Positions 51,369 to 60,371 of a stretch of 64,000 nt of DNA are shown in pieces. How positions within the stretch are numbered: the first letter of the stretch is position 1; each line of letters starts with the position of its first letter. Below the pieces are notes generated by a model. That model saw nothing but the letters and a program-made list of their open reading frames with translations, made no database searches and had not been told where the DNA came from. Source of the DNA: an uncultured Gemmatimonadales bacterium (GTDB taxonomy: Bacteria > Gemmatimonadota > Gemmatimonadetes > Gemmatimonadales > GWC2-71-9); the NCBI GenBank assembly GCA_963728915.1, contig CAVSLV010000001.1:160001-224000 (forward strand). The letters are read 5' to 3'. Position numbers and translations under genes: made by a program.

Positions 51369-52930
51369 TCAAGGATTCGGGAACCTCGGGGGCCGGCGAT
51401 GATGGGTGCCCTGCTCGAAGGCGTAGCCAAGGCCGAGCAGGGACGGCTCGCTGAATGGGCGCCCCAGGAACTCGATCCCCACCGGGCAGGCCGTCCACGG
51501 TGAATCCACCCGGCACCGTGAGCGCCGGGAATCCGATCGCCGGGCTGAGCCCGCGATTGTCTCCCTTCCCATAGCCATCATTGGGCCGGGATCGGAAGAG
51601 CACGCTGTCGGGAATGACGGACGGCTGGTGCCAGAAGGTGGGATAGACGATGGCGTCGAGGTGCTGGTTGGCCATCGCGGTCAGGACCGCGAGACGCAGG
51701 GTCTCGCGTCGTTCGATCACCTGGAGGTACCCGGGATCCTCCGGCGTCAGGTTCACCAGGCCGATCAGCGCCCTCGCCCGCGACGGCACCACGACTCCGG
51801 AGAGCAGGATGTCCTTGAACGTCTTGACCGGGGCGTTCGGGTGCTGGGCGAGGTACCGGTTGGTGGCCTGCTCGGTTTCGTAATTGTTGTCGACCCGCCG
51901 GACCAGCTCCAGGGAATCGATGACCAGGGAGTCGATCACCACCGCTCCGAGCGTACGCAGCTCGGCGATGGCCTGGTTCACCACGGTGGCGACCTTGGCG
52001 TAGTCTTCCGAGCGAGGATCGGTGGAGGAGTCCATCGGCTCCCGGAGAATTCCAATCCGCGCGCCGCGCAGGGCGTCCGCGCGGAGCCCGTCGGTGTAGC
52101 TCCGCGGAATGTGGCTGACCGCATACGCGGTGATCGGATCCTCGGGGATCATATCCCGCCATGACGTCGAGGAGCAGCGCGGCATCCATCACGGTGCGGG
52201 CGATGGGCCCCATGGTATCCTGGGTCGGGTTGGCCGGAAGCATCCCGAATCGGCTCACCAGCTGGAGGGTGGGCCTGAGTCCTACCAGGGAGTTCACCGC
52301 GGCGGGACCTCGGACCGAGCCGCCGGTGTCTTCGCCGATTCCAATCAGGCCGAAGTTGGCCGCGACCCCGCTGCCGCTGCCGCCCGAGGAGCCACTCGGG
52401 TTGCGGGTCGGATCGTAGGCGTTCCGCACAATCCCAAACGCCGATCCCAGGTAGCGGGAGGCAAACTCGCCCATGGTGGTCTTGGCGAGGATGATCGCGC
52501 CGGCGGCCCGCAGCCGGGCTACCACGGTGGCATCCCGTTTGGGGATGAAGTCGCGAAAGAGCGCCGAGCCGTAGGTGGTCGGCAGATCGCTGGTTTCGAT
52601 CTGGTCCTTGACCAGCACGGGAATGCAGTGAAGCGATCCCGTCGGGGCGCCGGCCCGGCGGGCCCGGTCGAGCGAATCGGCCAGGACGAGGGCGCGCGGA
52701 TTGAGCGTCTGGATCGTATTGAGTGCCGGCCCCGCTTTGTCGTATGCGGCGATGCGGTCCAGGTAGCGCTGGACCAGGTCGTGACAGGTGAGCTGACCTT
52801 TGGCGAGGGCCTGGTGCACCTTCCCGATGGTCGTCTCGACCACTTCGAAGCCCTGGGCGTGCAGCGGCGCCGCGAGCGCGAGGAGGAGAACCAGTTTGCG
52901 CCCACCTCGGAGTGCGATGTTCTGTCGCAT
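51369..52930 (-). CDS. Secreted amidase-signature family protein (two +1 frameshifts at ~52145 and ~51484)
   Basis: [45 protein letters not shown]; continues GARIG...PALTVP and [24 protein letters not shown] in shifted frames. Confidence 0.85.
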
Positions 52931-53041
52931 GGCGATCACCGTTTCGAGAGCCAGGGGCCACACCTTGTGCGGTCCATCCTCGGCCGCGTCGTCAGAAACA
53001 ATACCTTCAAATGCGCCGCTGTGGGCGCGGGAGAATACCTG

Positions 53042-53275
53042 ATGCCAAGATACGGGAAGACCGCCCAGCGGAAGGTCAAACGGGCGATGCACGAGCGGAA
53101 GCGGGGGACGTTGCGAAGCGGCCGGTCCGGCAAGCGGGTCACGAGCCGAAAGCAGGCGATCGCGATCGGACTCTCGGAAGCTCGCCGCGCCGGCGGAAAG
53201 GTCCCCAGACGCTCCTCGCGTTCTGGCCGCCGTTCCTCCAGCTCCGGAAGCCGAAGCCGCGGGCGCAGCCGGTAG
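53042..53275 (+). CDS. Small highly basic DUF6496-family protein
   Basis: MPRYGKTAQRKVKRAMHERKRGTLRSGRSGKRVTSRKQAIAIGLSEARRAGGKVP + Ser/Arg tail; SD GGGAG. Confidence 0.85.
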   Translation: MPRYGKTAQRKVKRAMHERKRGTLRSGRSGKRVTSRKQAIAIGLSEARRAGGKVPRRSSRSGRRSSSSGSRSRGRSR

Positions 53276-53356
53276 CTTCTTCGGGTCTTTCCTTGGGCCA
53301 CCGTATCTGCTGACTGGGACCCTGAGCCCGGTGATGGGTTATTTTTCCGGGTTCAG

Positions 53357-53430
53357 GGCAGGGTAGCTCAGGTGGTTAGAGCACGGCACTCATAATGCCG
53401 GGGTCGTGGGTTCGAGTCCCACCCCTGCTA
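53357..53430 (+). tRNA. tRNA with CAT anticodon, probably elongator tRNA-Met (Ile2 not excluded)
   Basis: GGCAGGGTAGCTCAGGTGGTTAGAGCACGGCACTCATAATGCCGGGGTCGTGGGTTCGAGTCCCACCCCTGCTA; lacks the initiator GGG/CCC anticodon stem and C1 mismatch. Confidence 0.93.
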
Positions 53431-53554
53431 TCGCTGACGTTCCCATCTTGACACGCGGCCCTTTTGGTGGACATTCGGCGAAGCCCGGAATCGGGCTCGT
53501 GCCGGGTGCCCGGCACGTCTTCCCTTCCCACCGGCCTGGCCGGGGAGCTTCATC

Positions 53555-53737
53555 ATGACGCGAGAGGCGACATTTTTCTCGGGTGAAGTGATGGCGAACA
53601 ACTGGAGCAACGAGGACGGTGGCGTCGCCACGATGGCGGCGAAGAAGAAGGCGGGAAAGAAGAAGCCCACCAAGAAGCCCAAGCCCAAGGCGACGCGCCG
53701 GGGCCCGGGGTGCCAGAGCGGCAAGAAGACGTGCTAG
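53555..53737 (+). CDS. Putative RiPP (lanthipeptide) precursor peptide, Lys-rich with 2 Cys
   Basis: MTREATFFSGEVMANNWSNEDGGVATMAAKKKAGKKKPTKKPKPKATRRGPGCQSGKKTC*; GGGGAG 7 nt before ATG 53555; alternative starts 53591 and 53633; directly upstream of kinase-lyase-cyclase genes. Confidence 0.7.
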   Translation: MTREATFFSGEVMANNWSNEDGGVATMAAKKKAGKKKPTKKPKPKATRRGPGCQSGKKTC

Positions 53738-54785
53738 CTCGTCCCGGCTGAACTCTCCCGCAGGTATCGCCTATCTCCTGAACCTGGGCCTGCTCGACCC
53801 TGTCACCTTGGTCGAGCAGGGGGTTCGGGTTTCCGAAGTTTCCGGCCGGAACAACAACTTCCGGATCGCGGTCCCCGGCCGGCCCGGCTTCTTCCTCAAA
53901 CACGCACCGCCGGAGCCCGGGCTCGATCACCCGCTCGCCGCGGAAGCCGCCGTGTACCAATGGGCCGGCGGCGCGCCCGAGACTTCGGCCCTTCTTCCCG
54001 TCCTTCCCCGGCTGCTCCATTACGACCCCTCTCCCAGCATCCTGGTCCTCGAGCTGCTCCCTTTCGACGGACCCGATCAGTCCACGGCGGATCTTCTTCC
54101 CGGCCTGGCGCCTTGGTTGGCCGCCATTCACCGGGTCACCCCGCGAGACGGCGTTCTGGCCGCCCTCCCGCGGGACCCTCCCTGGGTGTTCGACCTAACC
54201 CGCCCATCTCCGGCTTCGCTCCGGGAGCTTGCACCGGCCCAGCTGACCTTGCTGCAGGCGATCCAGGCCGACGCCCGGGTCGAGCCGATTCTGGCGGCAA
54301 TGCGGCGGAACTGGATCGACGGTTCCCTGATTCACGGGGATTTCAAGGGGAGCAATCTTGCGGTCACATCCCGGGGACCGGTGTTGCTGGACTGGGAGCT
54401 GGCCCAGTGGGGTGACCCTGGCTGGGATCTGGGAGGCGTCTTTCAGGCGGTGATCTCGGAGGATGTTCTCGGTCTGGAGCTCCCTGCTCAGGCCGATCCG
54501 CCCCAGGCGACGGAATCGCTGGGCGCAATGATCGCCAGGCGCCGGCCCGACCTGGCCGCCTTCTGGGACCGGTATCGGGACGCCGCTGAGCTGGGCGCCG
54601 AAGCGGCCGGGGGCCTGCGTGACCGTCTCGCCTCGCACACCGGCCTCCGGCTGATCAAGACGGCGTACGAGTGGTGCCAGTCGGAGACCCGCATGCCGGG
54701 CCGTGCCGCGGCCCTGCTTCAGCTCGGTCTCAACATGCTGCAACAACCGGATGCCGCTGGGTCCATCGTGCTCGGAGTGGCGTGA
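53619..54785 (+). CDS. APH-like phosphotransferase (LanK-type peptide Ser/Thr kinase); true start uncertain (conserved region begins ~53748)
   Basis: RNNNFRI, GFFLKH, LVLELL, LIHGDFKGSN (HGDxxxxN), LLDWELAQWGDPGWDLG. Confidence 0.85.
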   Translation: MASPRWRRRRRRERRSPPRSPSPRRRAGARGARAARRRASSSRLNSPAGIAYLLNLGLLDPVTLVEQGVRVSEVSGRNNNFRIAVPGRPGFFLKHAPPEPGLDHPLAAEAAVYQWAGGAPETSALLPVLPRLLHYDPSPSILVLELLPFDGPDQSTADLLPGLAPWLAAIHRVTPRDGVLAALPRDPPWVFDLTRPSPASLRELAPAQLTLLQAIQADARVEPILAAMRRNWIDGSLIHGDFKGSNLAVTSRGPVLLDWELAQWGDPGWDLGGVFQAVISEDVLGLELPAQADPPQATESLGAMIARRRPDLAAFWDRYRDAAELGAEAAGGLRDRLASHTGLRLIKTAYEWCQSETRMPGRAAALLQLGLNMLQQPDAAGSIVLGVA

Positions 54786-55744
54786 TGCCAGCTACCGATC
54801 TCCGGCGCGCGCTCGAGACCCTGCGCTGCGACTCGGCTGACCACTTCTGGTTTCAGGGCCTGCGCCATCGCCCGGAGTCGGGCCTCCCGATAGAGGAGGC
54901 AGTCGCCGAGCTGCTGTACGCCACGCTGCACTGCCGGATGCCGTCCAGGAGCGCCGCGGTCCCCGCGTTCAGCAACTGGGTGGGCGCCCGCCAATTCGTG
55001 GATCGGCTTTCCCGGGCGAACTCCGGGACCGGCACCTGGCAGGGGGGGTGGGTCGCTCGAAGCGTTGATCCCGATGGACAACGTATCGTCGAGCGACGCG
55101 GGGTGCAGTTCCGGGCCACGCCAGCCGAGTGCCGGGGGAGCGCGGTCTTCCCGGGTCCGGGAGAAGCCGTGCAGGTTCGCCTCGCCAAGGAGTACCGCGA
55201 GATGGTGCCGGGGTTCTACCTGGCGCTGGGGGAAGCGGACGATGTGCGGGACACCGTCCCGATCGTCCGGATTTACTGGAATGTGACGCCGCGCGGAGCG
55301 GAGCACCTGGTGGGCGTCCTAACCCGCGCTCTCAACCGGGACGGGGTTCCCTTTCAGCTCAAGATCCTGGGAGAGCCGCTTCGCTTCGATCGCTGTGATT
55401 CCGCCGTCCTCTATCTCCCGCGGGAGTGGATCGGTCGGGCCCTCGGTCCGCTGCGCGAGGTGTATACGGAGGTCCGGCGGTGGCTCCGAGCTCCGGTCTC
55501 TCACCTGGTCAAGCCGATGGTGCCCGGCGTGGGGTTGGCGGAAGACCCCGGGGATGGGACCAGTTATGGAGAGCACCGCACCCGCATGCTGGCGCGGCTG
55601 TTCCTTGCCCAGGGGGCTGGGTTCTCGCTGGGACGACTCATCGAGGGGCTCGCCGATCTGGGATTCGACCTCGACGCCCTGTATCTGAACCCGGGTTCCC
55701 GCGATGACTTTCCTGTCTTCGACGCCCGGAACGGACCGTCGTGA
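54785..55744 (+). CDS. T3SS-effector HopA1-like protein (LanY-type phospho-lyase)
   Basis: LSRANSGTGTWQ.GW, PGFYLALG, VRIYWNV, LNR.GVPFQLKIL, RCDSAVLYL, PGVGLAEDP..G.SYGEHR; ATG overlaps kinase stop (TGATG). Confidence 0.85.
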   Translation: MPATDLRRALETLRCDSADHFWFQGLRHRPESGLPIEEAVAELLYATLHCRMPSRSAAVPAFSNWVGARQFVDRLSRANSGTGTWQGGWVARSVDPDGQRIVERRGVQFRATPAECRGSAVFPGPGEAVQVRLAKEYREMVPGFYLALGEADDVRDTVPIVRIYWNVTPRGAEHLVGVLTRALNRDGVPFQLKILGEPLRFDRCDSAVLYLPREWIGRALGPLREVYTEVRRWLRAPVSHLVKPMVPGVGLAEDPGDGTSYGEHRTRMLARLFLAQGAGFSLGRLIEGLADLGFDLDALYLNPGSRDDFPVFDARNGPS

Positions 55745-56970
55745 ATTCCGGACCAGCGATGGAGGTTGCCCATCGCTTCGCCGACGCGCTCACCCGGTCT
55801 GCGGTCTGGTCAGGGGATCGTTGTACCTGGCTTGGCACCACCCAGGAGGGTGACGAGGGATCCGATGAGGTCGAGCTCACGTATGGGACTCTGGGCCCCG
55901 ACCTGTATGGAGGCGTGAGTGGTATCGCTCTCTTCCTGCTCGAGTGCGGGAGGATCACGGGCGACCCTCGGTTCGCCTCCACCGCGCTCGCGGCGTTGCG
56001 GCAGGCGGTGGCGATTGCGAACACGCTTCCTGGGGAGGCGCGCGGGGGATTTTTCTCGGGATGGGCTGGAATCGCCTGGGTGCTGGCCCGGGCCGGAGGG
56101 GTGCTGAATCGCGAAGATCTCCTCATCGAGGCAGGTCGGGTGCTGCATGGGCTGGATGAGCCTGCCGTCCCGGTGGTCGCGGATGTCATCTCCGGAGAAA
56201 TGGGGGCAATCCCGCCGCTCCTCACCCTGGCTCGATGGCTGAACCGCGCAGACCTGGAGGAGAAGGCGGTCGCGCTGGGGCGGGGGGTGGTCGCCCGCGC
56301 GATCCGCCAGGGAGAAGACTGGACCTGGCCCGTATCCACCGGTGCGCTCGAAGCGGTGCGGCCGCTCACCGGCCTCTCTCACGGTGCGGCGGGTATCGGC
56401 TGGACCCTGCTCGAGGTGGGACACCGGACTGGCGAGCGGAACTTCCTCGAGGCGGCCCGGGGCGCGTTTCAATATGAGGAGCGGTGGTTCCGCCCGTCGG
56501 AAAACAACTGGCCCGATTTTCGGGAGGAAGACGCCGATCAGGCCCCCTCGTGCGTGGCGTGGTGTCACGGTGCACCGGGAATCGCCTTGACCCGGCTCCG
56601 TGCGATCGCCTTGGGACATGCCGAGTATCTCGATTCGGCCAAAGCGGCGCTCGCAACGACCCGGGAGGCGCTGGCTGATCGAGACGAATGGATCGAGGGA
56701 GATTGTTCGCTTTGTCACGGCCGGGCGGGTCTCGGGGAAATTCTCCGCTGTGCGACCAGCGTGCTCCCCGAGGAAGGGGGCACCGAGCTGGTTCGGGAGA
56801 TGGCGGCCGATGCCATCGAACGGTACGGGTTTCAATGGGACGAGTGGCCCTGCGGGGTGCGACGGGGGAGTAACCCTTCGCTCATGCTGGGTCTCGCCGG
56901 CATCGGATACTTCTACCTGGGCCTGGCGGAATCCGAACTACCCTGCATCCTGCTCCCGGGCTCGTGGTAA
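55741..56970 (+). CDS. LanC-like lanthionine cyclase
   Basis: DLYGG.SGIALFL, GFFSG.AG, DVISG, GLSHGAAGI, NWPDFR, AWCHGAPGI, SLCHG.AG (Zn ligands Cys/Cys-His), SLMLGLAGIG. Confidence 0.92.
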   Translation: MNSGPAMEVAHRFADALTRSAVWSGDRCTWLGTTQEGDEGSDEVELTYGTLGPDLYGGVSGIALFLLECGRITGDPRFASTALAALRQAVAIANTLPGEARGGFFSGWAGIAWVLARAGGVLNREDLLIEAGRVLHGLDEPAVPVVADVISGEMGAIPPLLTLARWLNRADLEEKAVALGRGVVARAIRQGEDWTWPVSTGALEAVRPLTGLSHGAAGIGWTLLEVGHRTGERNFLEAARGAFQYEERWFRPSENNWPDFREEDADQAPSCVAWCHGAPGIALTRLRAIALGHAEYLDSAKAALATTREALADRDEWIEGDCSLCHGRAGLGEILRCATSVLPEEGGTELVREMAADAIERYGFQWDEWPCGVRRGSNPSLMLGLAGIGYFYLGLAESELPCILLPGSW

Positions 56971-57066
56971 GCCCTCACCTCCGCCAGGCGATCGGAGATC
57001 CGGGGGATCGAACTAGATTCGGAAGCAGGAGCGTTCGGCGCTCCGATTCATTCGAGGAGGCAACCG

Positions 57067-57498
57067 ATGAGATCCATCCCCATCGCGGCCGCACTTAGCG
57101 CAAGCCTGGTATCCACCGGCGTTGCCCAGGCGACCCACAACCCCTGTTCCATGCTGACCCAGACCGAGCTCAGCAGCGCTCTCGGCGTGAGCCCCGGCGC
57201 CGGCCAGGCCATCGGAACGGTCGGATGTCAGTGGGCGGGATCGCAGATCCGGGTAACCGTCACGTTCGGGGACGGGAGCAACTTTGCCATCATGAAGACT
57301 CCCCTTCCCCAGGTCACCAAGAACGCGGTGACCGGAATCGGTGACGACGCCTTCACCACGACTGTGGGCCACCTCACGACCCTCTCCGTGAAAAAAGGCA
57401 AGGACCTCTTCATCGTGCGGGTCTATGGGGTTCCGGATCAGGCCAAACAGATCAAGATCGAGAAGGATCTGGCGATGGACCTTCTGGCCAGGCTGTAA
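57067..57498 (+). CDS. Small secreted hypothetical protein (DUF3558-like)
   Basis: SD GAGGAGG; signal peptide; NPCSMLT..E...ALG, one further Cys, VTGIGDDAF, LA..LLARL. Confidence 0.7.
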   Translation: MRSIPIAAALSASLVSTGVAQATHNPCSMLTQTELSSALGVSPGAGQAIGTVGCQWAGSQIRVTVTFGDGSNFAIMKTPLPQVTKNAVTGIGDDAFTTTVGHLTTLSVKKGKDLFIVRVYGVPDQAKQIKIEKDLAMDLLARL

Positions 57499-57500
57499 CC

Positions 57501-60371
57501 TTAACGCCTGGTTCCCAGGTTTCGGACTGCGGCTCGAGCCGCCAGGACGGTGGGTTGGAGCACCGAGTCCGCCTTGCCCCAGAGGGCGGCGACTCGGGCA
57601 AATGCATCAGCGGCGAGCTGTTTCCTGTTCATCCCTTCCTCGGCCCGGCCCTTCTCGAACAACATGATCACGTCCCAGGGGAAGGCGGTACTGGGGGTTT
57701 CCCGGTCGAGCCGGACCAGCGCCTCGGCAAACCGGCCTCGGTCGTTCAGCAGGCGCACCGTCAAGTACCGTTCCCAGTCGCCGATGCCTTCCTGATTCAC
57801 AAAATCGGGCAATCGCAGAAACAGCTGAAGGGCCTGGGCGCTATCGCCCTGGGCCAGGTGCCGATAGGCGCGGGCCGCCACGGCCAGAAACCGGCTCCGG
57901 GGAGACGACTCCCGCTCCGCTTGCCCGATCGCGCGGGTTATGGAAGCGGTATCGCGCGCCCGGAGCCACCAGGGGAGGGCGAAGATCAGGTCGGGCGCGG
58001 GCGCGGGCCGCGCTTCCAGCAGGCGTCCGAAGATGGCCCCGGCGCTGTCGCGGGGCATCCCGCCCAGCGCGGCGATCTGGGAGTCCAGGTAGAGCCGATC
58101 GGTGCCCAGCACCTCGTAGGCCTCGCCCAGGTGGCCCCGGTACGCCAGGGAGAACGCCAGGATGCGCCGGGCTCGAAACGGGTCGGCCGAAAAGCTCGGG
58201 TCACTGGGTCGTCGGGCAAGCTCCTGGTTGATCCGAAGAATGGTTTCCGCCGAATCGTCGGCGTGCTCGAAGATCGAGTTCAGCAGGTACAGCAAGCGGG
58301 GTGAGGCCGAATCCAGTGCCTGGGCGACCATGGGGGCGCCGGCCTGCCGGGGGTCCATCAGCGCGAGCCCCAGGCGCGCCGCGTCGCCGGTGAGTCCGGT
58401 GGGCTTGAGGCGGAGATAGGCATCGAGATAGCGGCGGGTGAACGAGAGATCGCGGACCGCCGTGGAGAGCATCATCGCCTCGACGTAGGCAGGGGCGAAG
58501 GACGAGTCCAGGTTGATCGCCTTGTCCAGCGCCTCCAGGGCCGATTCCACATGGATGCCGAGCAGGTAGCCGATGCGGCTCCGGGTCCGGCCCAGCTGGA
58601 ACCAGACCTCGGCGTCGTCGGGGAAGCGCTGGTTGGCCAATTCGAGGGTCGAGATGACCCGAAGCCGCTGCTGCTGGGCGATCGAATCGAGCGCCGGTGC
58701 GTCGCTCACCGAGGCCAGGACCGAATCAGCGGCCACCATCAGACTTTCTCTGGGAGCTAGCCCGTGGTTCAACCGACCGGCCCGCAACGCATACGCCCAG
58801 GCCAGGGAATCGAGCCCGGTGCCCTTGTAGAACCGAGTCTGAAAGATCCGGTAGAACGCCATCGCGAAGGTCGAATCCAGCAGGGCGGCTCGCTCGAACT
58901 CAGTCCCGGCAGCATCCCAGTTCGCCCGGCGGAAGTATTGCTCGCCCTGGAGGTAGGCCTTGAGGGCCGGCATCGAGCGGGTTCCCACCGTGGTCAGGTG
59001 AACCGCGCCGATGGGTCTAACCCGCCCAACCGTGCCGAGGATCCCCACGGTCAGGGAATCCGCCGCGATGTCGATCCGGTCCTTGTTCCCCCGGTACTCG
59101 ACTTCGCCGATCGTCTCGCCGGATTGGGCATCAACGACGCTCACCCTGAGGCGAACCGAGTCCCGGCCGGCGGCGATGACCGACCCGACGACGCCGAGTC
59201 CCGCGCCAGTGCTCTGGGACAAGCGCCGGGCGGAGGCGGGATCGGCCCGACCCGACCAGCTATTCAGTACCGTTGCGGCGGGAACCACTCGAAGCGGGCC
59301 CACACCGTTCAGGCTCTGCGACAGGATGTCCACCAACCCTTCCCGCCAGAGCTCGAGCCCCGACCCGACGGTATCGAACGGGGCCACCGCAATCAGGTTG
59401 GGGTCACTTGTGGATCCCCGATTCAGCCCTGACCAGGCCGCCCACCCCCCGATGGAGAGGGCTACACCGAGCCCGACGAGAATGGTGGGCTTCCGCCAGC
59501 TGGTCCAGTCCGCTCTCCTGGCCCGACGCGGTCCTCCGGTGGGGTCGTCCAGGGCGCGGGCGAACTCTCCGGCGGTCTGGAAACGCTCGCCGGGATCCTT
59601 GGCGAGGCCGGTTCGGAGGACCCGTTCGATCGCGGCGGGCACTGAGAACTCTTTGGTGCGGAACGACGGGGGCTTTCCCGCCACGTGGCCCGACACGATC
59701 GCGTGCAGGCTGGGTCCGGTGTAGGGAGGCGATCCGGAAATCATCTCGTAGATCACGCACGCGAGCGAGTAGATATCGCTCCGCCCATCCAGGCCGGGAT
59801 CGCTGAGCGCCTGCTCCGGACTCATATAGTGCGGAGTGCCCACCATCATCCCGGTCGAGGTGAGTCGCGCGGCGCCTTGGGCTCCACCCACCGCCCGGGC
59901 AATCCCGAAATCGGCTACCAGGGCATGTCCGCCGCTGAGCATGATGTTCTCGGGCTTGATATCCCGGTGGACCACGCCCTGCCGGTGGGCGTACTCGAGC
60001 GCCTCGGCGACTTCCCGGGCGAACCGGAGTGTCTCGTCGAGCGGAAGTCGCTTGTCCCGCTCCATACGCCGGCGCAGGGTCTCGCCGGCGATCAACGGCA
60101 TCACGTAGTAGTAGAGGCCGTCGGCCTGCCCGGAGTCGAACACCGGCACGATGAGCGGATGCTGGAGCTGGGCGGCAATCTGGATTTCCTGGAGGAAGCG
60201 CTCGGGAGAAAGCGCCGAGGCGATCGCGGGCGACAGTACCTTGATCGCGACTTCCCGCCCATGGCGGAGGTCCCGGGCCCGGTACACCGTGGCCATTCCG
60301 CCGGCCCCCAGCTCGCCGTCGATCCGATATGCGTCCGCCAGAGCGACTCGAAGCCGCTCAACGACCTCCAC
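57501..60371 (-). CDS. Hanks-type Ser/Thr protein kinase with TM, TolB-like and TPR regions
   Basis: ELGAGGMATVY.A.D, VAIKVL, HRDIKPENI, VADFGIA, GTPHYMSPEQ, DIYSL; TM; IAVAPF; TPR tail. Confidence 0.93.
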   Translation of the reverse strand: MEVVERLRVALADAYRIDGELGAGGMATVYRARDLRHGREVAIKVLSPAIASALSPERFLQEIQIAAQLQHPLIVPVFDSGQADGLYYYVMPLIAGETLRRRMERDKRLPLDETLRFAREVAEALEYAHRQGVVHRDIKPENIMLSGGHALVADFGIARAVGGAQGAARLTSTGMMVGTPHYMSPEQALSDPGLDGRSDIYSLACVIYEMISGSPPYTGPSLHAIVSGHVAGKPPSFRTKEFSVPAAIERVLRTGLAKDPGERFQTAGEFARALDDPTGGPRRARRADWTSWRKPTILVGLGVALSIGGWAAWSGLNRGSTSDPNLIAVAPFDTVGSGLELWREGLVDILSQSLNGVGPLRVVPAATVLNSWSGRADPASARRLSQSTGAGLGVVGSVIAAGRDSVRLRVSVVDAQSGETIGEVEYRGNKDRIDIAADSLTVGILGTVGRVRPIGAVHLTTVGTRSMPALKAYLQGEQYFRRANWDAAGTEFERAALLDSTFAMAFYRIFQTRFYKGTGLDSLAWAYALRAGRLNHGLAPRESLMVAADSVLASVSDAPALDSIAQQQRLRVISTLELANQRFPDDAEVWFQLGRTRSRIGYLLGIHVESALEALDKAINLDSSFAPAYVEAMMLSTAVRDLSFTRRYLDAYLRLKPTGLTGDAARLGLALMDPRQAGAPMVAQALDSASPRLLYLLNSIFEHADDSAETILRINQELARRPSDPSFSADPFRARRILAFSLAYRGHLGEAYEVLGTDRLYLDSQIAALGGMPRDSAGAIFGRLLEARPAPAPDLIFALPWWLRARDTASITRAIGQAERESSPRSRFLAVAARAYRHLAQGDSAQALQLFLRLPDFVNQEGIGDWERYLTVRLLNDRGRFAEALVRLDRETPSTAFPWDVIMLFEKGRAEEGMNRKQLAADAFARVAALWGKADSVLQPTVLAARAAVRNLGTRR

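Noticed and set aside
48736..52930. Selenocysteine (UGA) recoding explaining broken oxidoreductase ORFs given selA
   Set aside because: The breaks are frame changes, not in-frame UGA at Cys positions
53357..57500. Integrative island with att sites at tRNA-Met
   Set aside because: No integrase, and I found no downstream duplication of the tRNA 3' end; only adjacency is supported
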